Origin: Folioceros fuciformis
Lineage: Eukaryota
Assembly (NCBI GenBank): GCA_049999805.1
Contig: JBNGIO010006356.1
Location: 202,416-261,653 of the forward strand
Length of the DNA: 59,238 nt
Reading direction: 5' to 3'
In this document: one piece after another, positions 13,347-24,504 of the stretch
Position numbering within the stretch: position 1 is the first letter of the stretch
Layout of the letters: each line of letters starts with the position of its first letter
Notes under the pieces: generated by a model
The model's database searches: none
Told to the model about the DNA's origin: nothing
Seen by the model: only the letters and a program-made list of their open reading frames with translations
Made by a program: the position numbers and the translations under genes

Positions 13347-15142
13347 ATGAATCGGTGCGTTTCAACCACTAACAAGTTTCGGCACGGTATGGAAGTTCGT
13401 GTGTCGTCCTTGTCCGGTGCCTCTGGCACAGTTGTGCCTACATGCAGGCTACTTACGACTACCCGGCTGACGTGTTGCACTGGGGCCCATGGACCGCGCA
13501 AGTGCAATTTCGGTGAGTAGGTTGTCTCTGGTAGTGAATTCTCTAGCTTCACGATCGAGCAGGAGCTGAATTCATCGTTGTTACCAGGGAGAAAGCTTTC
13601 AGTCAGATGTGAGGCCGTCAGTCAGACCACGGATCCTGTAGTCTCCACAGACTGGCTCCACCAGCATTTGAGTAAGGCATGCATCCTGGACATTCGAGGT
13701 AGGTTGGAAAACCGCTTCTCCCGGATGCCCGTTGATGCGGATAAGGGTGGAGAATTTCACCGAGGGAACGATTCGGGCCGATGGCAGGAATTGTGGAGAC
13801 AACGAAGGGAAGCGAGGATGGGAGTGAGGAATCCAAGTACTTGGATTGCTACACAGAGTACCTGGAAGGTCATATTCCCGGTGCCGTGTTTTTCAACTGG
13901 GTGAGCTGCGGGTTCATCTCTCCAATTATTTACCAAATTACAGCGCAATGATGATGTCGTCTTGAAACCTGGCTGCTTTTCAGGTTAAGGATGCTGTGGA
14001 GTCCTCCGCAGTCCCTGTGCAGCTCATGACTGATAGTGAAAGGTTCGGTGCTGTGGTAAGATTTGTGAACGTCCTGCTGCGGATACTTTCCTGCGAACTT
14101 GGCAAACATGGTGATATTACTTCATGTCATCTGCTAAGATGGAAGCGAAGGGAGTATCGACAGACAAACCTGTGGTCGTTTATGACCGAGGTGATGGACT
14201 CCTTGCTCCGAGACTATGGTGGTCCTTAGTCAGGCATGGTCACCCGGACGTGCGAGTGCTTGATGGGGGCTACAGAAAGGTGAGGTGAGGTTTCACTTTC
14301 ATGCCCTCTTGGCTGCTTTCATGTGCAGGAAGCTTGGTTTCTTTATCCTGAGGCCGTTCTCACTTTCTGGTTCAGTGGGAAGAAGAGGGACGGGAAACCG
14401 AACTCTATGAACCTTGCACTCTAAAGGTGACAATGAGTAGTCATAGAAAAAATGTTTCTTGCTACACAGAGAATGAGAGCAATCTTGTAACAAGAGAAGC
14501 ATGTCATGACCAGATCTTCGCAGACTACGATGCGTCAGCAGCAAGACCTTCCCATGTGGCAACTTGGGAGGACGTGCTGCAATCCTTACCTCCTCATCCA
14601 AACACCCGGCCTTCGGAAGCTCGTGTGTTAGTGGATGCAAGAGACACAAACCAGCACCGTGGTTTAACACGAAGGGCTGTCCGTGGAGGAAGGATACCAG
14701 GCTCAGTCAGCATTCCCCGCAGGGTAAGCACCCCATCTGCCCTCCAAGCTTTCTTGCATCTTGGCACTGCATGCATACTAAGATGCCCATGTGCAGGAAC
14801 TGCTGCACCCCGACGGAACATTCAAGTCTGCATCAGAACAACTAGAAGTATTCCTAAAAGCTGGTCTGGATCCAACAAGCCCCCGTAAAGTAGTGAGTGA
14901 CACATTTCTCCTTCTCCCGGCTCCCCTCCACCCTCTCCTCCTCCTCCCTCTCCTCCTCCTCCCTTGCACCAACTGACAAGCTCCGTTTCCAGATCGCATA
15001 CTGCAACGGTGGAGTCGCGTCATGCTCGGTGCTGTTGGCCTGGCACCGCATCGGAGGCAGGGGGGAGGCAGCAAACTACGATGGAAGCTGGAACGAGTGG
15101 GGCAATAGGCTGGACTTGCCTGTCGAGACCATCAATGCTTGA
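13347..15142 (+). CDS. Two-domain rhodanese / thiosulfate-mercaptopyruvate sulfurtransferase with putative organellar transit peptide; 9 exons
   Basis: Motifs VVSTDWL, ILDIRG, YLEGHIPGAVFFNW, VVVYD...RLWW...VRVLDGG, LVDAR, GGRIPGS, IAYCNGGVA (catalytic Cys) and YDGSWNEW, joined by GT-AG introns. The start may be 13347 or 13389. Confidence 0.88.
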
Positions 15143-15775
15143 AGTATGTACTGTGCTACACACATGGATACACAGATATGTACATATGTGCATGATGTAC
15201 GTGCAACACGCGGGAAAGGCTTGGAGTCCTGGATGCCTTGATGAACATTTGTGCAGGCGTTCAGCGGAGAGTAATGGATTCTTTAGGGCCGAGTGACAGG
15301 TAGCCGGCTGTTATTGGGGGACGTTGTACAAGTCTTGAGAAATGGGATGTGGTTAAATGTGCTCGGGTCTCCATTACCGAGGTGGATGGTATATGATGGT
15401 GGCAAGGCCACTTGGCAGCAGCGTCGACACGCTTTCTTAGCCAAATAACGTGAAGTTCCGCTAGGGCTAGTTTCAGTACTGTCTGTACCCATATCTCGAT
15501 CCCTCTCCGTCTCATAAGGGTAGCAGGTGCAGAGGACAAAGTGCAAAACGTGTTGGCGTGTCGCTGCTTCTTCGCATCCTTGTGTGTGACATGACGACGG
15601 CGCTGTCGCTCCCTCCTCTTCTGACGAGGAGAGCAACATTCGGAAGGACTTGGGCTCCCGGTCTGAGGCGGCGATCGGAATGCCGTGAGGTCTAGGGCCA
15701 GGAAATAGGAGCGGCGGCGTGGGTTGGGTTTGGCGCTGCGTGCTTGTTCCTTCAGCGTGCGGCAGGGCAGGCAAG

Positions 15776-18700
15776 ATGATGCACATGCTGGGAATCAGGG
15801 GCCGGGCCAAGGCGGAGGCTGGGCCTCCGAGTACGGCAGTGCAGGGGCAGGGGCTTGGACTGCAGCAGCAGCAGGATCCGTATGGGCAGCAGCAACAGGT
15901 TCAGGGCTCGGCGCATGCTCTCCGGCTCGTGTACTGCGACGACAAGGGCAAGTTCAAGATGGANNNNNNNNNNNNNNNNNNNNNNNNNNNNNNNNNNNNN
16001 NNNNNNNNNNNNNNNNNNNNNNNNNNNNNNNNNNNNNNNNNNNNNNNNNNNNNNNNNNNNNNNGCGGCAGGGCCCGGCAGGGTAAGAGCTTCATCTTGAA
16101 CCAGCTGCTGGGCCGGAGCAGCGGCTTCCAGGTGGCGGCCACGCACCGCCCCTGCACCAAGGGGCTGTGGATGTGGAGCACGCCGCTCAAAAGAAGCGCG
16201 CCGGACGGAAGTGAGTATAGCCTCGTGCTGCTTGACACCGAAGGCATTGATGCTTATGATCAGACGGGTACGTACAGCACTCAGATTTTCTCACTGGCGG
16301 TGCTGTTGTCCAGCATGTTTGTGTACAACCAGATGGGTGGGATCGACGAGGCCGCCCTGGACCGCCTGTCTCTGGTGACCGAGATGACCAAGCACATCCA
16401 GGTGCGCGCCTCCTCGGCCCCGGACTCCGCTGCCGAGCTGGGCCAGTTCTCCCCGCTCTTCCTTTGGCTGTTGCGGGACTTCTACCTAGACCTGACCGAG
16501 GACGGCCGGAGGATCACTCCCCGGGACTATCTCGAGTCCGCCCTACAGCCCATGCCGGGCTCCGGCAAGGCCATCGCTGCCAAGAATGAGATCCGGGACT
16601 CCATCCGCGCCCTCTTTCCGGTGCGGGACTGCTTCACCTTAGTGCGCCCGCTGAATGATGAGCGGGACTTGCAGCGGCTTGACCAGATCCCAATGGAGCG
16701 TATGCGGCCCGAGTTCCGGGCCGGGCTGGACGCCCTCACCAGGTTCATTTTCCAGCGGGCTCGCCCCAAGCAGGTCGGCTCCACTGTCATGACGGGCCCC
16801 GTTCTGGCGCTTCTCACGCAGTCCTTCCTGGATGCCATCAACAACGGTGCGGTGCCCACAATCTCCACCTCCTGGCAGAGCGTGGAGGAAACGGAGTGTC
16901 GGCGGGCACACGACTCCGCCGTTGCTGTTTACGCGGCGATATTCGGCGCTCCAGCTGCAGCCGACGAGGGGGCTCTGCTTGAGGCTCACGACAGGGCTCT
17001 GCAGGCTGCCGTGGAGGCTTACAGTGGCGATGCTGTAGGGCTGGGTGTCACCAGGAGCAAGTACGAGCGGATGCTGCAGGCGGAGCTCAAGAAGAGGTTC
17101 CATGAGTACAGGCTGAAGGTGTCCATGGAGGCAGAGCTCATGTGCGTGAAGGCTGTGGGGGACATGGAGGAGGGCCTTCGGGCGGTCTGCCAGTCTCCGC
17201 ACGCTACTTTTGAGCAGGTTGTGGAAACGATGGCAGCACAGGCAGCCAAGTACGAGGCCGCGGCTTCTGGGCCCAGGAAGTGGCAGAAGCTGGCAGGCTT
17301 CGTGCAGAGGAGCCTGGAGGGGCCGGTGTTAGATTTCGTCAAGCGGGGCGGGGATAAGGCTGCGGCGGATTATGCTGCATTGAGCTTGAAGTATCGGAGC
17401 CTGGAGGATCGGTTGCAGTATACTGAGAGGCAGGCGGAGGCGGCGTCTAAGGACTTGCAGGAGTGGAAGCGGCGGTACGAGGCGGCCATGCTGGATTACA
17501 GGACTTCGAGTGAGAAGGCTTCTGTCTTGTACTCTACTTTGCAGAAGAAGCACAGTGCGCTGGAGGAGCGCGGGGCGAGTCTAGCGCAGCAGCTCGAGGC
17601 GGCGTTGAGGGATGCTGCGGAGTGGAGGAGTAAGTACGAGAGCTTTGCAGCGGAGAAGAGGGTGTTTGATGAGAGGTTCGGCTCCGAGCTCGGGGCTTTG
17701 CAGAGCAAGTGCACCGCGGCTGAGGCGAGGCTAGTGGCAGCTAGGGAACAGGCTGAGTCTGCCAAGGAGGAGGCTGCGGAGTGGAAGCGGAAGCATGAGG
17801 CGGCCGCGGCCGAGGCCAAGGTGGCTGTGGAGAAGGCGAACTCGCTGCGTGAGAGGGCTGGGAAGCAGGCGCAGCAGCGGGAGGATACGCTGCGTGGGGA
17901 GTTCGCTGCAAGCATCACGCAAAAGGATGCCGAGGTGCGGGAGATGCAGAGACAGGTAGAGGCGGGGGAGCGGAGGATTGCGGAGCTCACCTCTCGGTTG
18001 AAGGAACAGGAGGCTAGGGACAGTACGCATGTCGGGGAGTTGGAGGCGCTGAAGGCGGAGCATAGGACGCTGCAGATCACTTTGGAGGCTGCTAGGACGA
18101 CGGCCCTGGGGTTGGAGAAGGAGATGGAGGGGCTAAGGCAAGGGAAGTTGCAGGCGGAGGAGAAGCTGTTGGTGGCTGTGAAGCGGTTGGAGGATGCGGA
18201 GCACGGCCATCGCACGGCTGAGCAGGAGTCTCGGAGGGCGGTAGAGGTGGCGGAGAGGGCCAAGGAGGATGCTGCCATTTTGGAGAGGGAGAAGCTGGAG
18301 GCGCAGAGGCTGGCAGCGGAGCGCCTGGCTCTCGTGGAGAGGGCCGAGAGGAGGTCTGAGGATCTGGAGAGGGAGAGGGAGAGTTTGGGGCAGGATATGG
18401 AGAAGCTGAGGTTCGCGGAGAGGGAGGCAGTGGCTAGGATCACGTCATTGGAGCGGAGGATAGAGGAGAGGGAAAGGGAACGAGAACGGGAGATGGAGCA
18501 GCTATTGCAGTCTTCGCATGAGCAGAGGGCGAACACGGTGGGAGTGCTGGAGGGGCTGCTGGCTAGCGAGAGGCTTGCTCGAGCGGAGGCCAACACGAGA
18601 GCGGAGTCTTTGTCCTTGCAGCTTCAGAACGTGCAGGGGAAGCTGGATATGATGCAGCAGGAGCTTACCCATACGCGATTGAATGAGTCCGAGCTCAGGT

Positions 18701-19092
18701 CTAGGTCCACATATCACACTGAGCCGGCTAGTGGAGTTGGCATTGCGTCTGCATCTCATGGCAAGCGCCAGAGAGCCGAGGATGTCCCACCTGCGGAAGA
18801 CATGGAGGTGGATGTGGTTACCCCTACACGGAAGAGGGCCAAGAGTGAGCACAATGTCGATAGTGGTAACAGTCTCATGCACACCACTGGAGATGGGGAC
18901 TCATGGGTAAAGCATGAGGAGGACAACTGCTCCAACGATTTCAGAGAGGTTAGCCTGTACAAAAAAATGACCATCTCCAAGCTAAAGCAAGCTCTCACTG
19001 AAGCCGGATTTGGAGATCAAGTGATAGCCCTTCGCAATGCTCCCAAGAAGGACTTTGTGGAGGCCTACGAGAAGCATGTACTGAACAAGTAA
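15776..19092 (+). CDS. GBPL3: Guanylate-binding protein-like GTPase (GBPL3-like) with long coiled coil and C-terminal helical motif
   Basis: RLVYCDDKGKFKM, P-loop GRARQGKS, CTKGLWMW, LLDTEG, WLLRDF; about 500-aa coiled coil; RKRAK NLS-like motif; tail YKKMTISKLKQAL...YEKHVL. The frame change coincides with the N gap at 15964-16063. Confidence 0.9.
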
Positions 19093-20599
19093 CACGTCCT
19101 CATTGTATGTGGTGGAGTTCTTCGTCAAACTCCCTCTGAAAGATTCGTTTGATAGACAAACCATCTGTAATTTTAACATTTCTTTTATTCACGAAATATA
19201 TATGCATATCGTGTCTGAATTGTGTATGTATATCTCACCTGCTTCCAGTTGGTTGTATGAAATAGACCCCCCAGGGCTTTCATTCCCGTCTTCTCCGGCT
19301 TTCACCAGCTCTCCACCGTACAATTGCGATAATGAATTCGAGACGGGACCCTGGGACGCGAGTTTCGTTGGCGTGGCTGGTATGCCGCTCAGCGAAATGT
19401 CTACAAACCTGTTGCGGCCACTTGTTCGACCCGAGTTCATCCTTCTGAAGGCATTCACAGGAAGTAACTCTCGTGTTGGCATTCCAGGGGTTGAAGCTAT
19501 TTGTGTTTGCTACGGCGTTCACTGCTTCATCTGCACAATCACGACACTACGCTGCTGGTATTTGCCTCTTCCAGACGCATCACATGTGAAGCCACTTGTG
19601 CATAGCTGAATACTGAAGCTTCGATCAGCACGTTTAGTCAGACGGTCTGCAGCCAGAAGAGTTGGCCAAACCTATCATAGAAGGTCTTGCTTCCTGACTA
19701 GTCAACTGATCAATGCAGGTGTTGTCGTTCTTGATCCACTTTCAAGGCTTTGATACGTGAATGTGTGTGCAGGTGAGAACCATGATCTGGAAGATCAATC
19801 GCGCCCTGGAGGTCCTGGCTTTATATCGCCAGGGTTCCTGCGCACTGTTGCTGTGCACTTTGCTGATGACTCCTGCAATATGTCCTGTTCGATCTGGCTT
19901 TCATACCTGAGTATCACTGGTGATCCGGATCAAGCGCCAGACGTCAAGTGGATGCAGATCAAACCTATTGTCACATTTCCCGTACAGATGCCCGGTAATT
20001 ACGTCCTCAGTGCTAGGTGTGACTCAACTTCAAATTGGAATTGCTTCCCAGGTATGCTGTCCTCCCAGCCACCCAAGGAGAAGCCTTGCATGCTAGTACC
20101 CAAGGGTGCCTCGCTCTATTGATTACACACATGTCCTCATTACAGAACCTTTGGAAATTCGTGAGAGAGTGGAAGTCATTCCAGCAAGTCACGAAATGTC
20201 CCTTGAACCGATACAACTGGGACAAATAGTCATCCGACCTTTCGATGACGCCATTGAGAAGATTGCTCAGAGGTGGTACTGGAGGCCAATTAAAATTGCT
20301 GGTGTCTTTCTTTCACAGTGGATCATTCTGCGCCTGATTTCTCGGCTCTCAGTCTGAAACATCGTAAGGATCGGCAGGCGACTCTCCTCACTGGTTTTCA
20401 AAGGAGTGCAGTAACAGCCTGTTTCAAAGTTTGGAGCTAGAATAGGCTAGAATAGTCCCGATATGAAAAGACCCAGCGCCGAGCCCCTTTGCAATGAAGT
20501 CATTGCATCAGTCACCGTGGCTTTGGTCATGGGAGAAATGACATGCTACCGATAATCTGGCGTTTCCGAATTTTCTCCTGGTTTTAAATTTGTACCCGC

Positions 20600-21000
20600 T
20601 TGAAGGAGACGTATGCAAAGTGTGGCAGCTTTGGGGACACCCAGACCGTGTTTGATGGGCTTGGTGAGAAAGATGCGGTGACTTTGGAGTGCCATGATAA
20701 AAGGGTATGCGCCGATGGGTCAAGTGCATGAGGCCTTGGGCTCTACAATGCCCCTCGAGTAGAGGGCATGGCGGTGTCGAATTCTGTCACTTTTGTGTCA
20801 GGCATGTGCACGTGTGGGTACTTAAGGTTTGGCAGATGGGAGGCAGCTTCTGTGCATATCAGAGAAGAAGGATATGCATAGGATGTGGTTGTAGCCAACA
20901 GTTTGGTGATCGTATATGCAAACTGTGGCAGCGTAGAAGGTGCTCAGGATCTGTTCGATGGAGTTGGCGAAACAATTTGGAGACATGGACTGCTGCCGAT
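20600..21000 (+). pseudogene. Degenerate PLS-PPR fragment
   Basis: Frameshifted pieces YAKCGSFGDTQTVFDGLGEKDAVT / WSAMIKGY / VVANSLVIVYANCGSVEGAQDLFDG match the repeats of the 27492 gene. Confidence 0.8.
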
Positions 21001-21253
21001 GCATCTTGGACAAAGTGTAATCGGACCGGCCAATGAGGCCGATGAGAGAAAGATTGTTGAACGGTGTTACCTGTTCAGGTGTATTAAAAATTGCTGGTAT
21101 CTTTATTTCACAGTGGATCAGTGCTGGCCTGATTTCTAGGAAGACCCGGCAGGCCCTCACCGTTCTCAAGGTATTGTACTGTAACAACAGGTGAAGCAGC
21201 CAGGTGTGCGCTCCGGAAACACAGAGCAAGGAACATCTGTTGCCGCCGCATAG

Positions 21254-23732
21254 TTAATTATGTCTGTGCTCGTCTCCGGCTCTTGCTGCGAGTTGAGGCC
21301 TCTTCCTCACCTCCATAAACTTTGTCCGATGTTCATCAAGTGTGAACATAATGTGCATGTAGCACTCCTCAGGTGTGGTGATGGGAGCGAGAACCCCCTG
21401 CCACGCTTGCTTTGGTTCAGCCGTCGTTTCAGCGGCTTTACCCTCCGTTTTCTCCTGCTTTTGCGTCAAGGACACGCGGACAGGTTTAAGCACTGCTGTA
21501 GGAAGAGGAGTTCTGTAGGGCATGCATGGAAGGTCGACAGGCGAAGAAGAGACGGACGGCAACTCCCAACACTTTAGCTGTTGAAACTCTCTTATCTCCT
21601 CTTCCAGGAAAGCATCAGGCTGAAGAAATAGGTCCCCGAAAATATTGATGTCCAAAGCGTCGTACCGAGCGAGCCGGCCCAGCTTCTCTGTAAACTTGTC
21701 GGACTCAAACCTTGATACAAATTTTTGGAACAGCCAATCGGCAGCCTTCAAGTCCGGTGCCAGATACTCTTTGATGTCTTGCACTACTATCACTATACCG
21801 CCATCAACTAACAGACGGTGAAACCAACTTCTCCACAATAAGGTGTGGCTGATGTCTTCATCGGCCGAGCAATCTACCCGCGCGATATGAATAGATTTCG
21901 GGCCAGGCCCAAAGGCTATCAAGTCCTTCCAACAATCAACGCGCATGTCGTGATCGGTGAATTGAACTGATATCTTACATGCCCTGATCTTTGCAACAGC
22001 AGATAGGATGCGGCTTCGAATGTAGAAGTACAAACTTCCGTAGAGGTCGTTGCCAGGAACACCGTGATTCCTCCTGCCAGTAACATCTCTGCTTGTAACC
22101 TAGTAGAAGATGCACGGTTTCCACTTGTTAGGACTGCACAGCAGCCGGTTGCACTCCCAGAAAATTCACCTGTGAAAAGGGTAGACAACTCAAGAGGCAT
22201 GCCATTACCTGGAGGATAGGCCAGCCACATAGAGGTTCAAGCCGACCAGTTATCGCTGACCAGCCAACTCGAGGGTTGTCAATGGCTGACACTAGAGTAG
22301 GGTTGGGGAGGCAATGGTGGTTACCGTACGATTGAAATGCAAACGGCAGAAGCAGCCCCGTCTCACCAAACTTTTCCAGTGCAGAGTAATGTGCATCCGT
22401 CAAAAACCCATCCAGTCCATTCTTACGGTCATACTTTCCCAAAACCGCTTCCCGGCTTACAGCCTCAGGTTCGAAGCTTGGAAGTCCCATCTGTATCAAG
22501 TACTTGTACAACGCAATCCCATGCATATGGACAGACACGCTGGAACCCGAGCACTCAATCTGCTTCATCGTTACCGATACCAGCTCATCTTGTTCGCCGT
22601 CGAGCTTGACCATGTCGGTCTGTATATCCAGAATGTTACGGTCCGGTCCAAATATACATGATGGCGGTTGAAAGCTGTCACAATGTGCGGTGCTAGAAAC
22701 CGTGTTTAGAAGCTCAACGATGGTGTCCATGAGCAGCAGGTACTGGCTCGGAGTCAAGTCAGCAGAGTACCATACGGCAATCACTGCATCCACTGCACTG
22801 TCGTCGAGCTCACCGGATGCCATTCTCAGCAGTAGGGAGCACAAGATCAGGTTCCGTGCAAGGGCCTGGTCGTCAATCGTGTGGATAAATATCTGACAGT
22901 GTGATTCTTCCAGAGACTCTACATCAAGCTGGTGCAGGGTTTCGATGACGTTGTTCAGATCTACTACGTCCATGAGGAGTATCCGAAAAGGGTTTGGCAG
23001 ATGAGCATCTCCAACATTTCCCAATACTCCAAAAGCAGGAACGAAATCCCAGAGAAGCGCGGGATGGGGATGTGGCGTGTTGGGGTTATCACTTAGTGCC
23101 TGCCTCCTTGACGTGTCACGCTGGGACGCGTCTTGCAAAGCCCTTGCACATTCACCTTCATGCACCAGATCCCAGTGCGCTTTCCTGCACTCCTCACTGC
23201 AATATGCCACCAGCTCACAATGAGGGCACGGACGCCGCGCTGGCTGCCGGCAACACTTGCTGTACTGGGGACTCAGATTTGCACAGGGTAATCTCCCTGG
23301 TGACTCCAGAGACACGCCCGATCCGTAGCGGACGCGTTTGCCCGTAGCGTGTAGATGCTTGAGGAACTCCGAGAAGAAGATGGCCGGGTATATCCTTTGC
23401 GACAAGCAGAGCTTCGCTAAGGAGAGCAGGAACCTCCCGGTGCGTTGGCACCGAGCCTGCATTGCCTGAAGAGGGTGCGAGGAACCAGTCTTTGAATGTG
23501 CGCCGGCCTCCGCCGCATCCTCAAACTCCCCGGCTAATTCCTCACCTAGCTGAGGAAAGCGCTTCTCACACTCCCTCAACAGACATATGACCTTGGAGCT
23601 TGCTGGAAGAGGTTGAATTACATGTAACAAGTCGTTCAAGTCCGGCAACGGAACTGCTGTTTCCTGGAGTGTGGCCACCTTCAATGCATATGAGTACAAG
23701 AGGGCCCCCCACGAGATGTCACCGCAATCCAT
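21254..23732 (-). CDS. zf-MYND + DUF4470-like protein, copy 1; 2 exons
   Basis: Exons 23732-22209 and 22099-21254, with GT-AG intron 22208-22100. MYND finger C..C-PCPHC...YCSEEC...HW...H...C; motifs LARNLIL, WYSA, GLLLPF, PNPTL, EPLCGW, NDLYGSLYFY. Confidence 0.8.
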
Positions 23733-23929
23733 TGGCGCTCACAAGGAAATGCTTCGCCGTCCGCTCACGGAACGCACTAGGGCAGACACATGTCTCTGCC
23801 TGTACCGCTAGATGGAGACAAATCGAGACGCAGGCCTCAATTCCAGGTCTCTTCAATATGTGATTTCGAATTTGTGACAAGGTGGGGCTTCTTCCCTTGG
23901 TTGTTCTGACAGACGAAATCCTCCTGTGA

Positions 23930-24500
23930 GAATCGGGTGTAGGACTGCGAGACAGTGTTTCCTTTTGGGCACACGCATTTCTGGTTATCTCAGTTAACTC
24001 TGGGAACCTCATATTAGAAGGTCAGGTGTTCGAACTCGCGTTGAAGGCCAAGGCATTCCTCGTTCATGTGGACTATTGGATCGCATCCAAGTCGAGTTCG
24101 ATGGCCTCCGTGATGGTGGAAGAAACTCGGGACCACGCAAGGTCGTTGGACTTGAATTGTAGAAGCAGGTGCATGCTGCCGGTGTGTTGGCTTGAGGTTG
24201 AACCTGAAGGGTTTTTCCTGGTACGTGATTGGTGGATATGTATGGAATGTGCGAGGGATAGGAGGACTCCACGAGAGTGTTCGATGGGCTTGGTGATAAA
24301 CATGATGTGACATTCTTGAAACGCGATGGTAACATTGTATTCCCAGAAGGATAGGGGGCAGGATCCATTTGGTCTCTACATTCCCACTCTAGCGTAAGGC
24401 ATGGCGGTGACAGTTTGTGCAGGCCCGTGCAAGTGTGTGTACCCCAGCTTTGGAAAAGCGGAGACATGCGTGATCTGCGCATGCGCAAATCTGCACAAAC
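23930..24500 (+). pseudogene. Highly degenerate PLS-PPR relic, divergent from MYND copy 1
   Basis: gacttgaa...agcaggtgcatgct (KQVHA), ttggtggatatgtatgga (LVDMYG) and agagtgttcgatgggcttggtgataaa (RVFDGLGDK) align with 28310-28470. Confidence 0.7.
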
Positions 24501-24504
24501 CTGG

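Noticed and set aside
15964..16063. Frameshift in GBPL3
   Set aside because: The frame change lies across a 100-N placeholder gap. About 60 nt of expected coding sequence would restore the frame.
16527..18998. Long antisense ORFs (up to 366 aa) opposite GBPL3
   Set aside because: Shadow ORFs of GC-rich, coiled-coil coding sequence; low complexity and no motifs.
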